A stretch of DNA of 64,000 nt, from the NCBI RefSeq assembly GCF_001194135.2, contig NC_068989.1, positions 73,345,315 to 73,409,314 on the forward strand. The letters run 5' to 3'. The DNA is from Octopus bimaculoides (taxonomy: Eukaryota). This document shows positions 51,898 to 64,000 of this stretch, piece after piece. The position numbers and the translations under genes are program-made. The stretch's first letter is position 1, and each line of letters starts with the position of its first letter. Below the pieces are notes generated by a model. The model was given only the letters and a program-made list of their open reading frames with translations. It did no database searches and was not told the origin of the DNA.

Positions 51898-52360
51898 ATT
51901 ATTATTATTATAATAAAGGCTGTGAGCTGGCAGAATCGTTAGCATGCCGGGCGAAATGCTTAGCAGTATTTCATCTGCTGATATGTTCTGAGTTCAAATT
52001 CTGCCTTTCATTCTTTCGAGGTCGATGAAATAAGTACCAGTTATGCACTGGGGGGTCGATATAATCAACTGTCCTCCTTCCCCATCAAGAAAATTTTCCA
52101 GGCCTTGTGCTTAGAGTAGAAATAATAATTATTATTATAAAGGCTGCGATCTGGCAGAATCATTAACACGCTGGGCAAAATGCCTTGTGGTGTTTCATCT
52201 GACTTTACATCCTGAGTTCAACTGCCACTAGGATTGACTTTGCCTTTCATCCTTTTGGGGTCAATAAATTAAGTACCAGTGAAACACTGGGGTCAATGTG
52301 ATCAGTTGGTCCCCTCCCCACAAATTTCAGGCCTTGTACCTATAGTAGAAAGGATTATTG
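51600..52360 (+). mobile_element. Three head-to-tail family D SINEs separated by (ATT)n
   Basis: Copies at about 51600-51777, 51916-52122 and 52139-52360, with a long (att)n at 51778-51913. Confidence 0.82.
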
Positions 52361-53489
52361 TTATTATGGTAATAACCATAATAATAATAACTATGGAATT
52401 TAAATTGGAAGACTTAAACCATGTTTAGATATTTGCAGAATTAGTATGATGCAGTTGAGTTGGTATTTTTTAATGTTTTTCTTTTGATCTAGCTCTTATT
52501 AAAAGCTTTTTTTTTTTCTCTTTTAAAAAAATTTTCTTGTTCATTATAACTACAGTGTTGGGAATAAATGTCTTGATGTTTTGAATATAACTTGATCAGC
52601 TTTGATCTGGCAGGACTTAATTGGAGCCAGAGACAAACCTGACATGAATTAGCAATGTGTGATGCATGAGTTAGGAGCCAGGCTTTCTGAGATGGATATA
52701 GCCATAAATAGATCATTGCAGCCAACAGATGCTGCCATAAACTAGTTCTTGCAGATTTGTCTCAATTTGTAGCTGGTCATTAGGGTAACTGTATGGACAC
52801 ATATGTTCATTAGCAGATCAAGCATGACGAAGAAAAACAATACAAAACATGGGGTGATTTATGGAATACAAATAATTATTATTATTTCAGCAGTCTTTTT
52901 CTTTTTTGTTGCATGCTTTCACAAGACCAAGTGCAGCTGTGTGTACTAAAACTACATGCAATATTTTGTTTAGTTTTTTTTTTCTTTTTTGTATTGCATT
53001 TAATGAAAGTAGTCTAAGTAATAAGTATGCAGTACCTAGAAGTCCCAGGACTTTTGTTATCTGTTTATCTACCCTGTACCCCCCCCCCCGTTTTTTGTTT
53101 TGTTTTGTTATTGTTCTCAAGGCCCCTATTATTACAAAGCTGTTCGTGCTTTCAGTCCCTATTCTAGATGTTTCTGTTTCTGCTATTTATATTTCTATTT
53201 GGATTATTTCTTCATTTTCTTTCAGAAAAAGTCGTTAGCATGCCAAGCAAAATGCTTAGCAGCATCACATCTGCCAAATTTTGTCAAGGTCAACTTTACC
53301 ACGTTGTTATGGAATTGATAAATTAAGTATTTATCAAGCACTAGGGTCGATGTTCCCTCCCTCAAAATTTCAAGCCTTGTGCTTATATAATCGAAAGGAT
53401 TTTTTTCAGAAACATATTGCTATTTGTTGGAATAGCTGTATGCTCATTAAGAGCCTGAACATTATTCCTGTTTGTGTGAATTACCATCG

Positions 53490-53716
53490 TAACCCTTTCG
53501 TTACTGTATTTATTTTGAGATGCTCTGTGTTTCTTTCAATTACTTTGAATATAACAAAGAATTTAGTAAAATAACTCAGCTATCATTCAGCTAGTGTTAG
53601 GAACAGAAATTGTGACTAAGGTTTGGTCTAAGATTTTGATTCAAAACTTATGAAAATAAGACATTTGAACTCAGAGCCAGAGCTGGTTTCGGCTGGGTTG
53701 GTAATGAAAGGGTTAA
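53490..53716. mobile_element. piggyBac-like MITE, same family as 24804
   Basis: taaccctttcgttac...gtaatgaaagggttaa. The internal sequence is colinear with 24804-25043. Confidence 0.8.
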
Positions 53717-54309
53717 AAGTGTATAGCTCTTTGATCAAACTCTACAATATTTTAATCACTTTTCTCTATAGATTTTATACCACTCCCTCCAACTCTAACC
53801 ATCCTCGCTTTCCTCATGCATTCTTGAAACATCATCACGTCCACCCTTCCTGTTCTTTTATTCACATGGCCCATTCTTATAGAATGCAAGAAACCTGTCC
53901 CGTTTTTGCCCCTTCTTTCATATATTAACCTTTCTTTACTGCAGTATCTCTCATTTCAAAGGAATTTTAGTCTTGCAAGTTGCATGGTGATCTCACTTGT
54001 GCTGGTACCATATGAAAAACATCCAGTACTCTGTCAAGTGGCTGGTGTGAGGAAGGGCATCCAGTTGGAGAAACCATGAAGCACAGTGCAGTTCTCTGAC
54101 CTCTCAACTTCTGACAGACCACCCAACCCATGCCAACATGGAAGATGGATTTTAAAAGAGTATAATGATGATAACGATGATGATGATTTTGTAATGCTGG
54201 TATAGTTCCCTCAGTTATGATGGCATCCCATTGTTCTGCTGCTTACAATGTTGAAATGCTGCTCCTCCTGGGCCTAAATTTATCATTAGTTAAAATCATC
54301 AGTTTTTGA

Positions 54310-54350
54310 GATTTGTCTTTGCCGATGACACAGCACATCTTTGTAAAGAT
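54310..54350 (+). mobile_element. Possible tiny reverse-transcriptase remnant
   Basis: Translates to RFVFADDTAHLCK, resembling the L.FADD.AL motif of non-LTR RTs. It is very short. Confidence 0.3.
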
Positions 54351-56606
54351 TTGACTGCTATTTCTCGCATGTCAAGAAGTCACTTTGAAGCTTTCTCATA
54401 GACTCGTATACATGTGTGTTTGTGTGCATATGTGTCTTTGCTTGTATGTGTAGGTGTAAGCATGTAAACAAAAGGATATGTGTGAGCATGTATTGTTTTT
54501 TAGCTGGTGCTTTGCAGTATGAGGGAGATTTGGCTACTATTTCTAGCTGGTTAGTTACCATGTAGAGGCTTTCTCGTTTGATCAGGTTTGTGCGTGTGTG
54601 TGTGTGTGTGCATGCATTTGAGTGCACCTGGGTGCAGGCACATAGAAATGTGTTTACAAATACATGAAAATGCACTTTATTGTTGTTGTTTAACTCCAGG
54701 TCACTTCTAATCGAGGTGACCTATAATCATTGGCATTCCATTCATGGCCATCCTAACTTACTTTCAGATATAGTATATTTTGGACTACATTTTACAATGA
54801 ATCTGTCTTGGTTGATGATGGTATGGTGTGATTTAAGGGGAGTCTTAGCTGCTACTTCTAGCAAGTTATTTGACCACTAAGAGTCTTTGACTCATACATG
54901 TTTGTGTTGTTGTTGCTGTCATTTCCAAGTCATCCATGATTGAGCAAACCTATGATCAAAGGACTTCCATCTATGACCACCCTGTCTTTTTCCCATTATC
55001 TAACATGTTATTTCATAAGACAATATGATTTGACAGATTTGACTACTATTTCTATCTGGTCAGTTGACTACTTGGGAAGCTTTCTTCTTTTACTAGTTGA
55101 TGTGTGTGTATATATATGAGATTGAATATAACTATCTACTTCTCAAGAAAATTTTAAAATATAAAAAATAATAAATAAAAATAAAATTTAAAATTAAATA
55201 ACCTATCCACATATCTGATCATATATTCAATAATAATCTTCACTGTAAATTATATATTCTTCTCTGGAGACAGTAATAAGGTTCTCCAGGGAACCAGTAA
55301 TGATAAGGTGTTAACTTCCAAGTCAGTAAAATGACAGCTTAGCTATTAATTCAAATCATTGTTGGCATAATATATTAGTTGTGTATCCTTATTATTATTC
55401 TTCTAGTGATCATCATCTCTTCATATTTCTTTCTTTTGGAATGAGTATGAGGTGGGGGAATGATTCACTACCTGATCTAATAATGCTCTGTTTATATCCA
55501 CTATAAGAAGAAGAAAAAAAGACATTGCTAATTTTGATTGAAATATTACAAGCCAATAAGGGGAAACACTATGTGGTTTAGCATGGCATGAGCATAAGAC
55601 CAAAAAGGAGATTCACAGACACCTTCCAGCCTTCCCTATTACAGGTGTTCAATATTGGATAGGCTTTGTTGATAGTTGGTATCATTCTGAATATCGGACC
55701 GTATCAGATATATCAACTTTCACAGCCTAATAGAGGACAAAACTCATTTAATTATGTTACGGATTACGACAGACAACATTAAAATGAGGGAACAAAGTCT
55801 CATCATTGTCATCATCGTCATCATGTCTGCATCTGAAGTTTGCTTTGCCACACTGGCATGGGGCCGGAGAGAGTCTGTGATAGTCTTTCATCATCTGATA
55901 CACCAAAGAAAAAGGAAAATGCTCACCTTATTTCTTGTTTTGTATAACACCCTTTCACAGTTGGATGCTTTCCCTCTCACCAACCACTTTATGGCATGCC
56001 ACCCCACACACACTATTACATACATACACTCCTACATATACATTCATTCACTCCACTCCACTCCTTGTCATACATTTTTTAATGTTATAGAGGGATATGT
56101 GTTATCTATTAGTAAAAGCTGCTCTAATGTGTTATGTACTGAAAGCTATGTAACAGAATGTACAAACATCAACACAAAGATATCAAAGACAAAAGAGAAA
56201 AAGAAAAACCCACTACTTACTCTAATCAACATTATTTTCACCACTATCTTCACCATCCTTATTTTATGTTACAGAAACGTAAGTATTAACTCAATAAAAC
56301 CCCAGGGATTTGGTTGTAAAATGATTATCTTAAAACACTCAAGTTGATTCTGTTGAGCAAGAGGTTTAAACACATTCTGAACTGAATTTGAAACCTGGTT
56401 TTAATTTACAGTGAGAACTCTTGCCATAAACAAATACCATGGATGATATTGAGTAAGGCATGAGCTTCACATAATCTCATTCTCTCTCTCTCTCTCTCTT
56501 TCTCTTTCATTTAAAATGTTAAATGCCATGGCCTATTATTAGAACTTACTGGTGACACCATGTATTTAGTGCGGTTACACAGCATACTATTTAATTACAG
56601 GGAAAT

Positions 56607-56985
56607 TTTTTTTATTTGTTTCAGTCATTTGACTGCAGCCATGCTGGAGCACCACCTTTAGTTGAATAAATCAACCCCAGGACTTATTCTTTGTAAGCCT
56701 AGTATTTATTCTATCGGTCTTTTATACCAAACTGCTAAGTTATGGGGATGTAAACACACCGACATTGGCTGTCAAACGATGGTGGGGTACAAACACTCAC
56801 ACACATACACACACATATATATATACGATGAGCTTCTTGCAGTTTCCGCCTACCAGATCCACTCACAAGTCTTTTGGTCAGCCCGAGGCTATAGTAAAAG
56901 ACTCTTACCCAAGGTGCCACGCAGTGGGACTGAACCTGGAACCATGTGGTTAGTAAGCAAGCTACTTACCACACAGCCACTCCTG
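56607..56985 (-). mobile_element. Family B SINE, full length
   Basis: Colinear with the 25645 and 27325 copies. Confidence 0.88.
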
Positions 56986-57229
56986 CTGTAGTATTATAGA
57001 TAGCCAAATGTAATTCTTTTTTTGCATTTTTACAATATTTCATTATTAAACTTTAATATTTAGCACTCATGTTATTTAAATATCCTGGAAACTGGATCAA
57101 AGATACAGAATAAAATGTTTTCTCAAATTCTGCAAACATACGAATGGTGGTGCATATGGAAGTTGTGTGAAGTTTGTGATGAACCATTGGTGGTAAAAAA
57201 AATGTTACCTTCTTTAGTTATCCCAACTG

Positions 57230-57435
57230 ATAAGGGCCAGTGTCCCTGTTTCTATGGCATATAAATTCCCCACCTGGACAGGACACCGGTCTGTCGGTCT
57301 GTTGCAAGATTACTCATTTTTGCCAGTTGAGTGGACTGGAGCAACATGAAATAAAGTGTTTTGCTCAAGAACACAACATGTTGCTTGGTCCAGGAATCGA
57401 AACCACAATCTTACTATCATAAGTTCAACACTCCA
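57230..57435 (-). mobile_element. SINE with tRNA head, CORE-like domain and a distinct tail
   Basis: Minus strand ttgtgttcttgagcaaaacactttatttcatgttgctccagtccactcaactggcaaaaatgagt matches 16405-16475, but the downstream sequence differs. Confidence 0.65.
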
Positions 57436-57697
57436 CAGGTGGTAGTTAACATGTTAAGGCCTCTTTGTCACAAACCAATATCATTTGTTCAAAGCTTTTT
57501 CTTTTAATCTTTTCTCTCGTTCTCTCTCTCTCTCTCTTTCTCTCTCCCTCTCCCTCCTCTCCCTCCCTATTTCTCATTATTTCTTCTTCCTTTATCAGGT
57601 GTTCTTCGTTCTTCCACCCTTTTTTTCATTTCATGTTTACTCATTATTTCTTATCCCTTTGTCTAGTATTCTTCTTCATTCTTCTGACAGCCCACCC

Positions 57698-57742
<45 letters not shown>

Positions 57743-59204
57743 ACTCATTCACACACATATTGTCTTTTTCCCCTTTATCATGNNNNNNNNNNCCCCCCCC
57801 CCCCGCTCTTACTTTTCACCTTTTATCAGGGAAGTTTTTTCTATTCTGCCATCACTGCCTTTCTGTTTCATCTATTTTGAGACTATAGTCCAACAGTTGA
57901 ACTATTCATTACTCTTCAAATATTATATATATATACATGGACAAAAACAAATTTTAGCTCAGCTGCTGCAGTATTATAGATAGCCCAAAGCTGATGAATT
58001 GAAAGGTTCAGAGTATGTGTATATCTATATATATTTGTGTGTGTATATATATATATACACACATACACATACAGACACACACATCTTGCTTACTGGTTGC
58101 AACACTGGAGAGGAGCTCATGTGATCAGAAGTGGGGTGGGGGCGATGGCTTGTTGGCAGGAGTGAACTAGGGTTTGGGGAGGACTGAGCAAATAAGGAAA
58201 AAGGAAAGAATATACATATATCATTATACAGGTATATACATCTGTGTGTGTATGTGTGCATGTGTGTTTGTGTGTGTGTGTGTGTGTGTGAATACATTTT
58301 CTGTTCCTGACTGGAGTTTTAGAATTTATTCTGACTGGCTGCCCACCTGTTTGGTTGTAAAGCTGTACACAAAATTTTTTTTTTCCTTTTAAAAGAAAAC
58401 TTAGAATTTTGTTCTTTTTAAAGTTCTATTCACATCCATTCTCCACCATTGAATTTTAAGATCTGCTAGATTTCTTTTTTTTATCGTACAAGATTGTGTT
58501 ATTGTCAGTAGCATATGAAATATGGAGTTATGTTCATTGATATTTCATTTAAGTTCAGCCATTCTTTGATCTGGGTAGTTTTGGTACACATCCTTGTTAC
58601 TCTAATATAAAGGTGAAAGTGTATTTTAGGCCCTGGATTTGCAGACTCCTCCTCAACAGCACATAGATGTTATTTCTCCCCTATTTATCTTACCACATTA
58701 ATAGCAAGCGAACAGCTGACTTAGAATCAAAGTATATCTGATTAGTAACGTCAAGAATTTCTGTTTCATTTCCAACAATCTCTGCTGGTTCTTTCAATTC
58801 CTTGAAAAATCATCAATAAATCAAAGACAGAATTTATTTCAAATGTCTTTCATATATTTATTTCTTCTGTAAAAAAAAGTTACAGCCTCAGTCTCCTTTT
58901 ATTGCTACTTTTTTTTTAATTTTTTTATTTTTTTACTGCATCCAGAATATTGAATGATGTTTCAAAATTCTTTTCATGTTGGAGCTACATGCTTATGAAT
59001 AGCATTTATTAAGTGATGAAATGTGTGCCAAAAGTAGCAGGCTTTAAATGTTGCAATAGTACTTTGATCCTTTGATTGCAAAAGTAACGTGTTTGGCAGC
59101 ATAAACATTAATTTAGTGCTTAGATGGTGATGTTGCAAAGATTGTGGAAGATAAGGTGTAATACCCATGATTAGGCGCATGCATGAAATTATCTTTTATT
59201 TTTT

Positions 59205-59610
59205 ATTTGTTTCAGTCATTGAACTGTGGCCATGTTAAGGCACTGTCTTGAAGGGTTCAGTCAAACAAAGTAATTGTTTCTCTAAGTCTAGTACTTAATT
59301 CTATCAGTCTCTTTTATTGAACTGTTAAGTAAGTTACAGGGATGTAAGAAACAAATCAACATCAGTTGTCAAGTGATGGAGGTGGACAAACCCAAAGACA
59401 TACATATACATACATGCATGCTTACATGCATCCATACACACGCACATACACACACAGAGTGAAAAGGCTTCTACACAGTTTCCTTCTACCGAATGCACTC
59501 AAGGCTTGGTGATATAACAGAGAACACTTGCCCAAGGTGTTGCGCTGTGGTACTGAACCCAAAACTTCATGGTCACAAAGCAAGTTTTCTAACCACACAG
59601 TCATGCCTGT
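59205..59610 (-). mobile_element. Diverged family B SINE
   Basis: Runs from the tail tttgtttcagtcattgaactgtggccatg to the head ...aaccacacagtcatgcctgtg. Confidence 0.75.
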
Positions 59611-59753
59611 GTAAATGAAATATTTTTGTTTCCACAATATTTTTTTAACTTTCTGTAAAACTGATATTAAATGTATTCTTGAAACCATGAAGCTGTTACT
59701 CAAGCTTTTTCTTTGCTTTCCTCAAGAGTGGAAGTGTAGCTATTACATGGCCT

Positions 59754-59863
59754 TCAACCTTTAGTACACTGTATTTTCTCTAGAATTGTTTTCCCTGCCC
59801 TGTTACTACAGGGGAGAAAACTCATATGGTGACATGATGCACCCATGGTGTGCTAAAGGTTAA
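59754..59863. mobile_element. Short piggyBac-like MITE
   Basis: tcaacctttagtacac ... gtgtgctaaaggttaa. Confidence 0.55.
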
Positions 59864-62800
59864 ACTGCCTATGGATTTTCAACATGGTGCACAAGCATCA
59901 GGTTTAACTTACAGTCTCTGCCTGCATTATATGCACAGTCTCTGGCTCCAAACCGTAATATTAACTAAACTTTAGCTACTTTAAAACCTGGTTTCAATGA
60001 CTTTTCCTTTATAACATGACTTCATACTTGTATACACTTACAAAATCGTTTGGTTTCATCTACATTGTGAGGCATGGTCGTGTGGTTTAGAAGTTCACTT
60101 CAGAACCATGTGGTTAGGGGTTCAATCCCACTTTATAAATGTTATCAGCTGTGTTCTATAATATAACCACAGATCAACCTATATTTTGTGAGTGAAATTG
60201 GTTGACAGCAACAATAAAAGCCTGTCATGTATGTATGTGTGTATTTGTGTGCTTGTGTGTGTGTAAGTTTGTGTGTATGTATGTATATGTATTGGTGGGT
60301 TTTTGAATGAGTTCACATTTCCCCACATCTTCACATGTGTTCACTGTTTGTGAATAGCAGTTTCCTTATCAATGCAGGCAATGTCCTTAGCTTTCAGTTA
60401 ACCATGAAAGCATATCCAGTTCTTCAAAAACAGTTGAGGGTTTACAACAAGAAGAATATTTGGTATTCGGAAATTTGTCTCAATATATTCTGTCCAACCC
60501 CTGCAAGCATAGAAAAATGGACTTTAAAATGATGATGATGTAACCACAATCCTCTATTATTTTTTCTAAAATATTTGGAAGCAAATTTACTACTTTAATA
60601 CCAGTACTTGCAGCTTCTCGTTGTACTTGTACCCTCTTCCAGTTAGGCTCACTTTTTGTATCTATAACACTAGCCATTGCTTACAGAAAATATTTATTCA
60701 CAATGACCTTCTTACAGATCTTTAAGCATCTTAAAACTAGATATGGCTTTAGTACGAATAGCAGCTTACGTAATAGACATGTTCGATAGATGTGTTTGAT
60801 AAATATTCCCTCTTGATAAAAGCTTTTCCATGCAAGGAATAAGAATGACCAGTTCTCTATCATGCACTTTCATATATGGCAAAGTGTACTCACTTAATAG
60901 CATTCAAATGTTTTCATAAATCCATTAAAGTTGTAGATACAGTTGACTGATACAAAGGAAATTTTGAAAGCTAAATCTTTATTGGTTCTTCTAGCTTTGT
61001 GCTCATTTATGATTGCATATCTTGTTTCTGAAGTTATTGCTTTCCATTCCTTATTATTATTATTATTTGTCTTTGTACAATCCTTTTATTTTGGCTTTTC
61101 AGAATAAGGATTACTAAATTCATATTGTGTTTGCTAGTTATGGTTTGCAGCTAGAAAAGTTTCTCAGTTTGGGATGCCATACTTCCTGGTAATGCTAGAT
61201 GGCATTTCTCAGTGTGACAAATTTGAAAAATATCTGATTCATTGAAATCATTTTTCAGATTGAAATTAGTTACACTTAACGGAACAAACTTATTTTTAAG
61301 TATATCTAGAACTCTACTGTTCTGCTTATGTAGAATTGATCCATATTTCTGTTGAAATACACTGCCTTTATTTCAATTAATTTTGAAAAAAAATTAAGAA
61401 CTCAGTAAAATAACTTTGTCTTTTATTGAACTGGTGTTTGGAACATAAATTAACATGAAATTTTGATGGAAGATTTTAATTCAGATCACATGAAGTTTGT
61501 ATCATAGAACCAAGGGTGATTTCAGGTGGGTTGGTATCAAGAGGGTTAAGAGATTATGACCAAGATCTGCATCCTCATTACATAGGCAGTGATATTCTTG
61601 TGTGAATCTGGATTCATTTCTCTTTTGACAGTTAAGAAGAAACCTAGGCATTTCCTGAATCTGCAGGCAGGTCTGTGGATCGCAATCAATATGTTAGGTC
61701 TATGTTTTGATAAACTCATGAAGGAGAAGCAGGAACCAAGAACTCTTTGAATTTTATGTCCACAATTGTAGTTGATTTCACAGTCTTCAGTTTTTTTTTT
61801 CCCCTAATAGTTCAATTTATATTTGCATTTTATGCACTGAGTCCAAAGCTTATTTATCATGGTTCAATTTTTAAAAATTAGAAAATTGACTTTTTCATCT
61901 TCAGATATAATAGTTTTGTAGAGGGTGTAAAAATTATCGAACATTTTCTCGGGGTGCAGGATATAGAAAAGTTTGAGAACTTCTGAGATAGAAACAGCTG
62001 AAAAACTTATCCAACCAGTTAAAAAACATAACTGTAAGAAATGTATACCTTTAAATCCCTTTGTTACCAAATTTCTATTGAAATGCACTTCTTTTGTTTA
62101 AATAAATTTTGAAAATAACAAAAAAATTTGATTAAATAAATTCGTTGTTATCAAGCTGATGTTTGGAACATAGATTAACAAGAAGTTTTAAGGGAATATT
62201 TTTAATTAAAATCACTTTTAAACAAAAAGTTTGTATTGTAGGATCAAAGGTGGACACAAGATTTGTATTATAGAACCAATGACCGTCACAGACAGGTTTT
62301 GTGTCAAATAGGTTGAAGAATTATTATAACAATTAATCAAAACATAGATTACTTTAAAATCCAAATAACATTATTTTAATAAGATAGTCTGCTCAAACTT
62401 TTTGAGATCACCTTATTACTTTGCATATCAATAAATTACAGCTTTAAAACTATAAACTGAAAGTTGGTTTGTTTTCACTTATGGCAAGGGAAACATCACT
62501 GAAGTGCCCATTAAGACCTGGTTCTGGATTATTATAGTTGTGAGCAGCTAATCAGCCTCAATGCTAAATTGACTGTAACAACTTCTATAGCTGTTCTAAA
62601 ATTGCCACATGAGATTAGTCTTTACAGTTATCAATCATTTTGCTATGGGGCATAATTGGATCATCTAATTAAAACAATAAAATCGCTACTAATAGAATAG
62701 CTTGAATACACTACATTATTTTAAAATTAACTAAATATACAGCTGCTGTCTAGGTGGTTATTTTTATTAGCTCTGTTAAGCTAAAATATGTTAGATCTAG

Positions 62801-63945
62801 CTAGAAATTAGCTAAGTTAACAAGCCTAATTGGAAAGGTGAATTAATTCAGAAGTTGCAAGATAAAAGAGTAGTGGAGGATGTGAATATAGTATATATGT
62901 GTAACGACAACATGTAAACCTAATAAGTGACTGAATAAACATTCACATACACACCATCAAGACACATTGTGGTGATTAAACATTTAAAGCAGTTTTTATG
63001 AATGTTTAGCATTATTTAGTGCAATTAACTTTTAAGCTTTAAGTTTTATTTTTTCAATTTTTATAAAAAAGACTTTAATTAAAGCAATAAATTGTTAAAT
63101 AGGAAATTGTTAAGTGAGGTATTAGTGACTGTACGTTTACGTGTGTGTATATGTATTCACATGCATGCTCATATACATATATGTGGGTATATGTATGTAT
63201 CAATGTATGTATGTATGTATATATGTATACATGCATAAACAAATGCATATGCGCATCAACATGTGCATATATGCAGGTATACATATGGTTATATATACAG
63301 ATATAGGGCAGGGAATCGTCAATTAGTAATATCGCCATCCGTTAGAGAAAAAATTTGTAGTTTGGAATCAGTAGTTCTTTGACTGCTATTTCTAAATTTT
63401 CAGTATGTTGGAGAAGCAACTCAAGCTAATCCCTATATATTTATGATATGGTTATATATATATATGTGTATGGATATATATATATCTCTGAAAGGGCCCG
63501 TAGATGGAATTTTTAAATTGTAATATTTTCATGGTATTTTAGTACGTCCTTTTAATTGTTTTATCATCTCAAATTTTTATTATACCAATGTATCGTAACT
63601 TTTAAATCTAAAATTCACTGTATATTATGTATCATATCGATATTGATTTATTTACAAGTATTTTTATATTTATATATTTGGAATTTTTATATCAGTTTTA
63701 TAAATGTAGAAGAATATATTTATATATTTGATTTTGTGTGTGGTTATTAATTATGTTCCTCTAGGTTCCACTTGCATTGCTTCCATTCAGATTATTAAAC
63801 AGAATATAGCTCACTTGGAGCACTACAACTCCAGTCTGTATTTTATTTGCGAGTATTATTAATATTAGCAATCTTAAAATAAAACCGTGTATTTTATATA
63901 TATATATATGTATGTGTGTGTGTATATAGATATATATATATATAT

Positions 63946-63997
<52 letters not shown>

Positions 63998-64000
63998 GTA

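Noticed and set aside
6335-60200. Strand bias of family B SINEs as evidence of a host transcript direction
   Set aside because: My rough count is about 13 minus versus 7 plus, which is not a convincing skew.
147-63750. Supplied ORFs rich in YI/CV/HT/ER/SL repeats or X runs (for example 4326-5030, 11665-12522, 28986-29738)
   Set aside because: They are translations of microsatellites, pyrimidine tracts or N gaps, not genes.

Overview
AT-rich, repeat-dense animal genomic DNA from a gapped draft scaffold with nine N-runs, mostly next to microsatellites. The SINE families and microsatellite density point to an octopus or other cephalopod genome; I infer this from recalled repeat families, not from a search. 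I found no supportable host protein-coding exon, tRNA, rRNA or CRISPR array. Nearly all supplied ORFs are microsatellite or low-complexity artefacts, or SINE read-throughs, so the window looks like a large intron or intergenic region. It contains at least four SINE or SINE-like families (my labels A-D), several with intact target-site duplications (TSDs). It also contains a decayed CR1-type LINE, an RTE-type 3' fragment, and piggyBac-, hAT- and mariner-like MITEs. A minus-strand non-autonomous Helitron carries a telomere-like array. The most interesting signals are: (1) two hammerhead-ribozyme-like motifs of the Penelope-retroelement type, both with CC instead of CU at core positions 3-4, plus two partial motifs; (2) a (TA)n insertion flanked by a 13-bp duplication; (3) chimeric, modular and tandem SINE arrangements; (4) a ~145-nt foldback hairpin. 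None of these demonstrates a novel system; all need the checks listed.
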